Shown here: piece after piece, positions 47,697-57,021 of the stretch
Layout of the letters: each line of letters opens with the position of its first letter
How positions within the stretch are numbered: the first letter of the stretch is position 1
Notes under the pieces: model-generated
Seen by the model: only the letters and a program-made list of their open reading frames with translations
The model's database searches: none
What the model was told of the DNA's origin: nothing
Assembly (NCBI GenBank): GCA_004431415.1
Contig: QPMI01000655.1
Coordinates: 186,001-250,000 of the forward strand
Direction of reading: 5' to 3'
DNA: 64,000 nucleotides
Source of the DNA: Cyanophora paradoxa CCMP329
Taxonomy: Eukaryota; Plantae; Glaucophyta
Program-made: the position numbers and the translations under genes

Positions 47697-50159
47697 ATGA
47701 CATCCACCATGTTCACCACCACCGAAATTACTTGTGCCCCCACTGAGGCAACTTTCAAGAAGCAGCTTCAAAACTTTGACAAGTCTGGCATCATCTCCAT
47801 GAGCTGGGATGAGGCTAATTGTATCATTCAAAAAGGGAAGCACTGGGTCGAGCATTTAACCCCTGAACAGCTGACCAGGGTTTATTTGGACTTTGACAGG
47901 CTTGTCCCTCTCGAGAATGATGCTTCTATCAACCAAAAAGAAGCTGCTCAAGTTGTATTGGATTTGCGCAAACGTCTTGCTGCCTTGTCAGGGGTTGACT
48001 TGGATAAAATTGCTGTTAGTGTGAGGCATCGAAGGGTAAAGCTTGTTGATTCAGGAGAGGTTAAATTCAAGCAATCTGCCCATTTTATTTGGGCAGATCT
48101 GGTTATGAAGCATGAAGATATCCCAAATCTACTTGATTCTTGGGGGCTGGTTAGAGGGGATGATTATGATCCTCAGCCATACAGTTCCACACAAAATATT
48201 GTCTGTATCTACAATTGTAAGGATACTGGGCTTGACAAAAGGACCAAAAAGCATGATGTTGATATTGATGTGGTCTTCAAACCAGCAATGTACTGCCTTC
48301 AAGGAGTCCCCTATAAACACTACTTTGTCCAGTTCTATGAAGCTGGGGCGCAGCTACTTCAAATTCAGGAGGGGGGCAAGGCTGTTCCATTCAAGGCTCC
48401 TATAGTGGCATCAAACCCCACCTTATCTGGCTTTGACATTCTTAGAAAGGCTGTTATGGGGTTGGATGGAAAACGCGCTGATGATAGAAAGGCATGGGTC
48501 AATGTTGGCTATGCCATCTGTAATGTTAGCAAAGACATGGAAATCCCAAAGAAACAGGCCAGAGAACTGTGGCATGACTTCAGCTCTAAATGCTTGGACA
48601 AGTATGATGAAGATGGGGCTGACAAAGATTTTGAGAGCATCTGGAACAGCAAGAGAAAGGGGAGCAAAATCACAATGGGTTCACTCAGGACCTGGCTGAA
48701 GCAGGATAATCCAGAACTTTACAAGGTCATGTTTTCAGCACCCCAAGTATCAGGATTCTTATTCTTGGATGATGAGGAGGGGGAAGAAAATGGAAAGGTC
48801 AACTACAAACTGGATCCAATCCCAGCAAGGGATATATATGAGGTACAAAAACGATACTTGGATGCCAGGTGTATCCATTGTACTGATAAAAAGTGTGTGT
48901 TTATGTGGAATGACAAAGAAAAATCTTGGGTTCCCCATGACATTGAAAAAGTGAAGAAAGGTACTTTCCCACACATCCAGTATGATGCTGGGGATGGTAA
49001 ATATAAGAGTACCTTCAAGAAGTGGATAGAGGATGGAGATAGTACCAGATATGAGTTTGTGGAGTTCCTTCCACCTCCTGCCAAGCTCCCATGTAAAACA
49101 GCCAGTGTCTTCAACCTCTATCAGGGAATGGCAATCGATTATGCTCCATGTGGTGATATTCCTGATGTGATCACTGATGAGATGATCAGCCCTTTCCTGA
49201 AACATTTGAGTTTAATGTGTGGGGAGAATGAGAAAGCTACAGAGTATGCCTTGAAATGGTTTGCTCATATGCTCCAGAGGCCTGGGGAAAAGATTGGGGT
49301 TGCCTTGGTTTTCATGGGTGTCCAAGGCACAGGAAAAAATACACTGCTGGACATTTTTGAGAAAAAGGTGTTGGGCAACAAATTGGCCTTCTCCACATGT
49401 GATGGAGAGAATGACCTATTTTCCAGATTCTCACACAACAAAGAGCATAAAATTATGGTGACATTGAATGAGGCCAAAGCAAAGGATAACTATGAGTACA
49501 GCGAAAAGCTTAAGGATTATATAACAAATGATAAGATCACCATTGAACACAAAGGCATTGACAGCTACACAAGCCCCAATTGTGTCCACTTCGTTTTCAC
49601 AACAAATAGTAATATCCCTGTGAAGGTGGAGTCTGGAGATAGGCGATTTGCCTTCTTTGAAAGCAGCACAAAACACCAAAGAGATGCTGAGTACTTCAAG
49701 CCACTTCATGCTTGGCTTGACAATACTGACAACATCCACATGATTGTCAGGTTCCTGAAACACGTGGACATCAGCAATGTGGATTGGGATAAAGAGAGGC
49801 CATTGAGTGCCAAATATTTCCTTGCTCAACAGGCAACACTTTCACCTATTGAATACTTTGCCTACTGGCTAACAGCCAATGGAAAGGTCACCAAGGAGAA
49901 ATGTAAGACACAAAATCTGATCAGTGCTTGGACTTGGTGGGCAGAGTTTCAGGAGAAGGCCAAATTCAAGTGTGAGATGAATCAAAAGAAGTTCTATATT
50001 GAGATGAGGAATACAGCCTTTATTGAGGTGAAAAAGTGCCAAGGCATCAATTACTATCATTTCAAATGGGAGGATATGATGTCTGCCTTCAAGAAATGTA
50101 AGCTGGAAGATGATGATAGCATCAAAGAGGAAGAGAATATTCTGATTCAAGATGATTAA
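47697..50159 (+). CDS. AEP primase - PriCT-2 - SF3 (D5-like) helicase fusion
   Basis: Intact 820-aa ORF: VYLDFD, SAHF, DPQPYS (AEP); WVNVGYAI..WHDFS..KYD..ITMGSL (PriCT-2); GVQGTGKNT, LNE, FTTN, GDRRF (SF3 helicase). Confidence 0.9.
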   Translation: MTSTMFTTTEITCAPTEATFKKQLQNFDKSGIISMSWDEANCIIQKGKHWVEHLTPEQLTRVYLDFDRLVPLENDASINQKEAAQVVLDLRKRLAALSGVDLDKIAVSVRHRRVKLVDSGEVKFKQSAHFIWADLVMKHEDIPNLLDSWGLVRGDDYDPQPYSSTQNIVCIYNCKDTGLDKRTKKHDVDIDVVFKPAMYCLQGVPYKHYFVQFYEAGAQLLQIQEGGKAVPFKAPIVASNPTLSGFDILRKAVMGLDGKRADDRKAWVNVGYAICNVSKDMEIPKKQARELWHDFSSKCLDKYDEDGADKDFESIWNSKRKGSKITMGSLRTWLKQDNPELYKVMFSAPQVSGFLFLDDEEGEENGKVNYKLDPIPARDIYEVQKRYLDARCIHCTDKKCVFMWNDKEKSWVPHDIEKVKKGTFPHIQYDAGDGKYKSTFKKWIEDGDSTRYEFVEFLPPPAKLPCKTASVFNLYQGMAIDYAPCGDIPDVITDEMISPFLKHLSLMCGENEKATEYALKWFAHMLQRPGEKIGVALVFMGVQGTGKNTLLDIFEKKVLGNKLAFSTCDGENDLFSRFSHNKEHKIMVTLNEAKAKDNYEYSEKLKDYITNDKITIEHKGIDSYTSPNCVHFVFTTNSNIPVKVESGDRRFAFFESSTKHQRDAEYFKPLHAWLDNTDNIHMIVRFLKHVDISNVDWDKERPLSAKYFLAQQATLSPIEYFAYWLTANGKVTKEKCKTQNLISAWTWWAEFQEKAKFKCEMNQKKFYIEMRNTAFIEVKKCQGINYYHFKWEDMMSAFKKCKLEDDDSIKEEENILIQDD

Positions 50160-50505
50160 GACTGCCCTCCTTCTACTCATTTTTTCCATTTATCTATAAA
50201 AGAGATATCTTGAATAGTCAGGGGGATGGAAGGGGGATGGGACTGTCTGGTAAGGAGTGGTTTGAGGGGATGGGTAGGGGGATGGGAGGGGATGGGAGGG
50301 GGATGGGTAGGGGGATGGGAAAAAAGGAAGGAGGTGGCTGATTTGTGACCATAGCCAGTCAGGGGGATGGGTAGGGGGATGGGAGTCAGTCAGGGGGATG
50401 GGACTTTTCTCAGAAAAATAATTTTGTTTTTGTTTTTTGAAATTTTCTAATCGAGTTCAAGGGGATGGGTTTCCCATCCCCCCATCCCCCTATCCCCCCA
50501 TCCCC
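50155..50505 (+). repeat. ~350-bp G-rich direct repeat, copy 2
   Basis: Begins at the primase stop codon; homologous to 42412-42780. Confidence 0.9.
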
Positions 50506-50534
50506 CTCTCTCCATCCCTACCACTTGGAAGAGG

Positions 50535-50925
50535 AGGAGGATTAGGGGGCTCATGATAGGCCTGGGGGGGGTTTGGGGGGGTTTCCAGAAGTTTGGGGGG
50601 GGATCTGGGGGGGGATCGTTTTTTACTTTCTGGTTGTTTTATGACCAGAAATGGTAATAATGTATACATGTGGGGGGGTTAGGGGGGTTAGGGGGGGATA
50701 TATAACTCCTATAGCCTCCAAATCTTTTCATTTTTAAGCAACAAGCCAGAAATATATAGAGTTGTGAGAGAATACCCCCCTACCCACTCCACAACCCCCT
50801 AATCCCCCCCTAAACCCCACCTTCCAGACTGAGAATGGTAACCTAAACAACAAGACGTCAGTTGGCAGAAACCCCCCCTAACTTCTCCTTGAGTCCCCTA
50901 ACCCCCCCAAAATCCACCCCACTTG
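50535..50925. repeat. G-tract half followed by C-tract half (loose inverted symmetry, GGGGGTTA/TAACCCCC motifs)
   Basis: GGGGGGGTTAGGGGGGTTAGGGGGG at ~50672-50697; CCCCCTAATCCCCCCCTAAACCCC and CCCCTAACCCCCC downstream. Confidence 0.55.
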
Positions 50926-51058
50926 CTTGTAGGCCACCAGCACTTAAGGACATCTTCATATAGCATGGTGAAGAGCCCAAGCCCCAAGTGCCCACCAAAA
51001 ATTGATTCTTGACACCCCCAACCCCCAAACAGTCTTACATAAGCCCACCAGTACCACC

Positions 51059-51292
51059 ATGGACTCAGATAGCAGCTATGATGACATCCCCTTGAGGACA
51101 TGGTTGAACTGTGGGAGGCAGTCAGGCAGCAGTATTATGATGAGTATAGGAAGTCCCCCAAGACATCAACCCCAGAAAAGTAAAGAATTGCGCAGATTGA
51201 TGGAGGCATATGAGAACATCATATGTGATAACTATGGCATGGAGGGGTATGCCCTACTCCACAAAGCAAATTTTAGCTGGAGAAAGTCATGA
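51059..51292 (+). CDS. Small hypothetical viral ORF, possibly frameshifted
   Basis: ATG GAC TCA (MDSDSS) start; C-runs make the frame uncertain. Confidence 0.3.
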   Translation: MDSDSSYDDIPLRTWLNCGRQSGSSIMMSIGSPPRHQPQKSKELRRLMEAYENIICDNYGMEGYALLHKANFSWRKS

Positions 51293-51449
51293 AAATTGTA
51301 AGTACCCCATCTTAAAATCACCGATTCACTCCTTGCCGCTATCACCGTTGGATTCCTCGTACAAAGTAGATATTTATAGACTCCAACATCATAGCCTTAC
51401 GATGATCTGGTGACGAGCTACGAATATTTTCAGTTTCGCATATACCAAA

Positions 51450-51603
51450 TGTATATACCATAATGATATATGTATATGATATATTATGATGTCACATGAC
51501 ATATATATATAACATAGCTTTCCGGACTCGCCGCGTCATGGCGATCACGGCGCTATAGTTTTTACCAAAACTTGTTTTTTTTTCATATATATCATATACA
51601 TAT
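51450..51603 (+). repeat. 154-bp AT-rich direct repeat copy 1 with internal 17-bp inverted repeat
   Basis: Near-identical to 53073-53225; ATATGTATATGATATAT (51468-51484) / ATATATCATATACATAT (51587-51603). Confidence 0.92.
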
Positions 51604-51613
51604 GTACGTTCGC

Positions 51614-51760
51614 GCGTACTGAGCCACGGTACGCACAGGGGCCTGCGTACTGCGCTACGGTACGCACAGTGGCTTGCGTACTGCGCTACGGTACGCACAG
51701 TGGCTTGCGTACTGCGCTACGGTACGCACAGTGGCCTGCGTACCAGCTAAAGTACGCACA
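51614..51760 (+). repeat. 31-bp tandem repeat (~4.5 copies), each unit a small hairpin
   Basis: Unit GCGTACTGCGCTACGGTACGCACAGTGGCTT; TGCGTAC/GTACGCA stem. Confidence 0.9.
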
Positions 51761-53072
51761 TTAAATCTTATAAGACCATATAAGATTTTGAAAAAGAACA
51801 AGATCCGTGCTCCTGCGGAGCACTAAGTACGGCGAAGCCTCGCGGACGCCCTCGCGGTTGTCACAGTAGGCCTATAGGGCACTCAGCGACTGGCCAGCGG
51901 CCTGGCCGATCGCGAACAGGTTTCTGGCTGGAAGCTGGCTGGCTGACGGCCAGTCCAGCTACCGCTGGCCGGCTAGAGGAATATAACTAGAGGAATATTA
52001 ATGTACTGAGGAAATAAAGGGAGGCCGGAGCAGGTTGAGATTAGAGGAGATGAATTATATATAATATTGTTGAGAGGGAGGCCCGGGAGGGGCAAGGTTC
52101 TCGCGGCCAGGCGCATGCACAGAGCTTGCGAATCGCTTAAACAGAATCTTGAATGCATATAGCTATAGCATCGATGTGCGGGGCTGCGGAGCTCGAGGCG
52201 AGGGCGCGCGGAAAGATGTGCAGGTCCATGCAGGATCGAATTTTCGGGGTCGGCTGGGTCCTCGCGGCCCGTCGCATACGCAAAGCGTGCGGAAGACTTT
52301 GCCTACATCTTAAATGCTTATGCTATCGTTCCGCGCATGCGCCGCGGCGTGGGCGCGCGGAAAGATGTCAGGGCGCGTGCAGGATCGAATTTTGGCCGTC
52401 GGGTACCTTCCTGCGCTGTTCCGGCTCCGAAAAGCGGATTTCGGGGTGCGCAGGCCCTGCTATGTCCATGCGCGCCAGTACGCATCGATTGCGCGCGTCG
52501 CGGGACCGGGCGGGACCGGCTAGCGCTGGATCAAATTTTCGGCCGACTCTTCGCACTGGAGCGTCGACGGCGCTTGAAATCGAGCTTGCGGCGATGCGCT
52601 CGCCCTCGCGCGGCATTCTGTATCGTTCTGGGGCGTCCCTGGCGCGATTTCGTCGCGGGACCGGGCGGGACCGGGTCCCACCTTCTGACTCGGACTGCAT
52701 TTGTCGGAGGTTAAGTACCGGAATTGATCCAGAGGGAAATTCGATTTTCGCGCGACGCCCACGGGCGAGCGGTCGTCTTAGGGGAGCCACGACGCTAAAA
52801 ATGGATCTAGAGAGGTCTGTGGGGGTTAGGGTAGCTGAGTCATTAGCGGCAATCGCGTCCGTGTCGAGGCAGAATTAATAATTCGTCCTCGAGGGAGTGC
52901 GACGCGGAAATTATTTAGCAGGGGGGATCTTGAGTGGAAAAAAAGGTTAAAAAAGGAATTTATATCGGCGGTTTTTGGGTTTGAGAAAGAGGCTTCGCCT
53001 GATTCTTATAAAGACCATATAAGATATAAGACAACTCTTATAAGACCTTATATGACTTAAATTTGAGCGACT

Positions 53073-53225
53073 TGTATATACCATTATGATATATGTATAT
53101 GATATATCATAATGTCACATGACATATATATATAACATAGCTTTCCGGACTCGCCGCGTCATGGCGATCACGGCGCTGTAGTTTTTACCAAAACTTGGTT
53201 TTTTTCATATATATCATATACATAT
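53073..53225 (+). repeat. 153-bp AT-rich direct repeat copy 2
   Basis: Matches 51450-51603 with few differences; followed by degenerate GCCTACC...GTAGGC hairpin units (53236-53367). Confidence 0.92.
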
Positions 53226-53801
53226 ATATGAGCCAGCCTACCGCAGTGGTAGGCGAGCCCGTGTGTCTACCGCAGACCGGTAGGCACAGTCCGCCGGCGG
53301 TAGAACAGTAGGGCCCTGCCTACTCGCCTACCGGTAGAGCCCTCGCGCCTACCGTACAGCAGTAGGCGGCTTTTTCCTTATAGAGCTCTATAAGAATGTT
53401 TCTAAAACTTTCAATTAGAGCCACTTAAGGAACTTCAAACGCGAATATCTCGGCACCAGATTGGCCGTTTTGAGCGCTCTTTTTTTCCTGTGAAGCTCTC
53501 ATCAAGCTCTACGCAGAGCCGCCCCTTTCGCATTTTTATGCTGCCTAAAAGTAGATTATTATGACAACTCCCATCCATACTCGCCTTGTAGAGGTGTCCT
53601 TTGAACTCTCATATTTGGCGCTGACGTCTCCAAGCTCAGAACTGAGTAACTCCATACATCGCCTCTCTATAGAACTGTACAACCTTGGTCATCGAATAGC
53701 CCCCTGTCTCCACATATCAAAGCAGCTTTACAAAAAATATCAAACGATCTCCTCATGCTTGGAAATGAGATTAGCCCCTTCCCTGATGGCAGATAATGTG
53801 T

Positions 53802-54077
53802 TCAATGTAGACGGTTTCCTTGGTACTCATCCCAAGCGCTGCTTACAGCCTGAGCAAATTGCTCCCCTGTCACCTCTTCAATGCTCTCCAAGCTTACCCT
53901 TTGCCCCTCAGTTGACCCTGTCCTCAGCACCACATCATAGGGAGACCCACTCCTGGATCCACTTGGGGAGGAAGATCCAATGCTGACGTCAATAGTAGTA
54001 TCACAACAGCTACATTTATAATTGCTGGTCACATGTATATGAAACATATCCAGCAATTGTTGGAGCCATTGCCACAT
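53802..54077 (-). CDS. Small hypothetical viral protein (amphipathic N-terminus, CSCC motif)
   Basis: 91-aa ORF co-oriented with the structural gene run. Confidence 0.5.
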   Translation of the reverse strand: MWQWLQQLLDMFHIHVTSNYKCSCCDTTIDVSIGSSSPSGSRSGSPYDVVLRTGSTEGQRVSLESIEEVTGEQFAQAVSSAWDEYQGNRLH

Positions 54078-54102
54078 CTTACAAGTAACAGGACAAAATA
54101 AC

Positions 54103-54333
54103 TCAGTTGCTGCTCTCAGTGGTTAAAAAGTATTTAGCCGGCCTCCCCATTGGCCTCACCACTTCTTTTTGTGCCCTTCGGCGATAATATGATGCCAAGG
54201 CTTGTTGTTTCTTAACCTCTCTATATGCTGGGTCTTCCCTGTATCTTTTTTGGTTTGCTAAAGCGCTCTTAATATAACTCTCACTTACAGGACTATCAAC
54301 GGTGAACTCAACCAGACTGATGGTATCATCCAT
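54103..54333 (-). CDS. Small basic hypothetical protein (DPAYRE...GRP motif)
   Basis: 76 aa; ATG after an AT-rich spacer; resembles 47402-47593. Confidence 0.6.
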   Translation of the reverse strand: MDDTISLVEFTVDSPVSESYIKSALANQKRYREDPAYREVKKQQALASYYRRRAQKEVVRPMGRPAKYFLTTESSN

Positions 54334-54361
54334 TTATAATAGAAAAAACGTTTATTTTTTC

Positions 54362-55096
54362 TCAAAGCCAAACCCGTCGTTTATACACTGTGGGGGCTAC
54401 GCCTTTGTCCACCTCTGCCTTTGTAGCACCTGGCTCAATAGTCCCCTTTTGGGTCTTTGTTTTCATTTCATCAACTGCTTGCTCATCAATTTGGGTCTCT
54501 TTCTTGGCAATAAACTGTTTATCTGGAATTCCAGTGATCCCCATTTTGAACACCTCCTTTCTTAGCATCTCCTTGAGTTTGGATCTCTCTCTCTTCTCAG
54601 TTACATATTGCTCCAAGGCACTGGACTTGGCTTCCAGATCTTTAAGCTTGGCAGTCATTTCGTCCCATTGAGCCTTGGGAACTCTATGAATATTCTGGGT
54701 GGGAGCAGTCTTGTATGTGACTTCACCCGCCATAGACTGGATAACCTTGTCGGATTCTTTACTGAGACCCTCACCTTTGCGAGTGAGTGATAGATCTTGG
54801 AGCCCAAGACCTTTATCATCAGCAGCACCTATAATTCGCCTGGCACCCTCACCCACAGCCTTCATTTTAGAAGCTTCAGGGGAGATGTTGAGCTGATCAC
54901 TGGTGGACGTCTGTGGGGCTTTGTCATCAAAGGATTCCTCATAGGCGGCATTAAGGGGATCCTCTTGCTGTTGTGAGGGCTTTATCTCATTCATTCCATT
55001 GAATTTAAGCGGGTCTGTGTTAATGGAGCCATTGTTACCACCACCTGAATAACCAACAGCCCCAGCAGGGATGCCTATTTTCCGTTTGGGGGGCAT
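54362..55096 (-). CDS. Hypothetical charged/coiled-coil viral protein (possible core protein)
   Basis: 244-aa ORF with PPKRK NLS-like start, directly downstream of the ATPase. Confidence 0.65.
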   Translation of the reverse strand: MPPKRKIGIPAGAVGYSGGGNNGSINTDPLKFNGMNEIKPSQQQEDPLNAAYEESFDDKAPQTSTSDQLNISPEASKMKAVGEGARRIIGAADDKGLGLQDLSLTRKGEGLSKESDKVIQSMAGEVTYKTAPTQNIHRVPKAQWDEMTAKLKDLEAKSSALEQYVTEKRERSKLKEMLRKEVFKMGITGIPDKQFIAKKETQIDEQAVDEMKTKTQKGTIEPGATKAEVDKGVAPTVYKRRVWL

Positions 55097-55124
55097 TGTG
55101 TCTTTATTAAAGTGAGAGATATTT

Positions 55125-55907
55125 TTATAGACCGCGTTTATATCGCATTAACTTATTACTATGAACTTGGCTTTTCACTTCTTTGCGCCCCTCTTCTTTC
55201 TCTGGTGGTTTAAGCTCATCTTCTTTCTTCTTTGGCTTCCTGTGGAACCGTGGAAATGGGAAATCTTTGACCAAATCCGCTTTATCTACGAAATATTTCA
55301 CAGAATAATCGGCGGATGACCAAATTAGAAACTGATAGGAATGAACGTACTCTTCAAACATTTTATAGAAAACATCTTTGTCCCGCATTATATTATATTC
55401 TTCCTCAATGGCTTCAAGCTCCTTTCTATTGGCAGCGCTTAGGAACATAGCATAATCTGAGTTGACGCGAATGGTCGATGAGACTTTCCTTAGCTTTTGT
55501 GTGATACAGATAATAGATATTTTCAAATGTCTGCCCATAGAGTACAATTTGTTGATTATTTTATCGCGAGTGAGATCGACCAAGTCATTATCAATTAGAT
55601 CGTCCAGTACAACTAAGAGTTGATTAATCGGCTCTCCTTTTTCTATTTTCTGTTGTCGATCTTCCAGAACCTTTTCAATGTAAGGAGCATCCCATTTGCC
55701 AAGCTGAACACTTGCTACATTGTTCCAAAAGTTGTTAAAAGCCGTTCCACTGATTACAAGGACGACATCAATCTTTTTGGCATCATGAAGCTGCTTGAGC
55801 CAGTACTTGACAGCCTCTGATTTACCAGTAGCAGATTTGCCAATTGCCAAAACGCGGAAAGGGGGGTTTATCATCTCACCAGCATTAAATTCGTCCAAGT
55901 CGCCCAT
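55125..55907 (-). CDS. A32/FtsK-like DNA packaging ATPase
   Basis: PFRVLAIGKSATGKS (Walker A), LLVVLDD (Walker B), GRHLKISIICITQ, IRVNSDY. Confidence 0.93.
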   Translation of the reverse strand: MGDLDEFNAGEMINPPFRVLAIGKSATGKSEAVKYWLKQLHDAKKIDVVLVISGTAFNNFWNNVASVQLGKWDAPYIEKVLEDRQQKIEKGEPINQLLVVLDDLIDNDLVDLTRDKIINKLYSMGRHLKISIICITQKLRKVSSTIRVNSDYAMFLSAANRKELEAIEEEYNIMRDKDVFYKMFEEYVHSYQFLIWSSADYSVKYFVDKADLVKDFPFPRFHRKPKKKEDELKPPEKEEGRKEVKSQVHSNKLMRYKRGL

Positions 55908-55967
55908 GCTTCCTTCTATAAAGAACCAGATAAAAATAATACGATGTGACTGAATATGGTTTATAGA

Positions 55968-56915
55968 TCAAAGACTTGATAAGAATCGATTGATACACCC
56001 CTCTATGTCAGTTTCAGTGTATGGGATTCGCAAAAGTTTAATATTGTTGGCTTCACAGTAGCGATTTTTTATAGCATCACGCAGTTTTGTATCTTCAAAT
56101 GCTTGTTGACCTCCAAATTGTTCTATAGGTTTGAAATGCTGAATGCCATCGTATTCAATCGCAATTTTCAATGATGGTATGAAGAAATCAAATCGAAGCT
56201 CCTTAACGTTTCGGCAGCCTTTAAACTTCGCTTGTTTCTTGAACTCAATACCTATCAGGTCTAACACAGTTTCAATTTTGCTCTCACCTTTTGACATTTT
56301 ACAGTTTGGACAACCACATCCTCGAAGATGCGAATCAGCCTGCTGCTCAAAATCCTTTCCACATGCCTTACAACCAAGCAATACTTTACCAAATTTGTTT
56401 GTGTAAATCACTTTAGAATAATCATATTTGTTTCCATGTACAGCTTGACTGTCTTGAACGAATTTTGAGTGAGTTCTTTTCCTTACTTCACCACGTTTTT
56501 TATAAGAACATTTTTCACAACCTCGACCTTTCACATGGGAGTCAGGTATTTGGGAAAAGAACGTACCACAAGTATTACATTTGATCTCAACTTTTGTTCG
56601 AGCGTTTACATATTTCACACCCGTGTAATCATATTTGTCCCCATGTTTCGCTTTTGCTTCTTCAATGAATACATCGACTTTCTTTTGGAAACGAGCTTGA
56701 TAGAAAATCCTCTTACAGTTTTTACATCCTCCATGACTCTTGGGATTTAGATGATTTCCACAAATGACCTCAAAGTATTCGTTACAGAACTTACATAGCA
56801 GTGTGATGTTTGATTTGTAACCATTATACTTGGCACAATCATAACCGAATTTATCACCATGGATGCTTACACTTTTTTCAATAAACTTTTCAATAGAATT
56901 CAGTTTTAGCGGCAT
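55968..56915 (-). CDS. Zn-ribbon repeat protein with C-terminal PD-(D/E)xK (Vsr/DUF559-like) endonuclease; homing-endonuclease-like
   Basis: Three HG(D/N)K(Y/F).Y...Y......CxxC......H..G.GCxxC repeats, then SKGE, LRFDFFIP, IEYDGIQHF, D.IKN.YC..N.I.LLRIPY. Confidence 0.85.
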   Translation of the reverse strand: MPLKLNSIEKFIEKSVSIHGDKFGYDCAKYNGYKSNITLLCKFCNEYFEVICGNHLNPKSHGGCKNCKRIFYQARFQKKVDVFIEEAKAKHGDKYDYTGVKYVNARTKVEIKCNTCGTFFSQIPDSHVKGRGCEKCSYKKRGEVRKRTHSKFVQDSQAVHGNKYDYSKVIYTNKFGKVLLGCKACGKDFEQQADSHLRGCGCPNCKMSKGESKIETVLDLIGIEFKKQAKFKGCRNVKELRFDFFIPSLKIAIEYDGIQHFKPIEQFGGQQAFEDTKLRDAIKNRYCEANNIKLLRIPYTETDIEGCINRFLSSL

Positions 56916-57021
56916 TGGTTACGACTTTCTTACAATCTATGTATAGCAAACCTTTAAGTAGTTTTCCATTAGCAAAAAGTACTCATTTTGTCTGTGAAAT
57001 CCCTTACGAGAAATGGTTAGA

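Noticed and set aside
50670-50700. True telomere or chromosome end
   Set aside because: Only two or three degenerate units, internal to continuous sequence.
51614-51760. CRISPR-like array of palindromic 31-bp units
   Set aside because: Units are head-to-tail with no variable spacers, no cas genes, eukaryotic context.
52153-52878. 241-aa ORF and overlapping ORFs in the GC-rich island
   Set aside because: No motifs, built from DNA-level repeats, composition unlike the viral genes.
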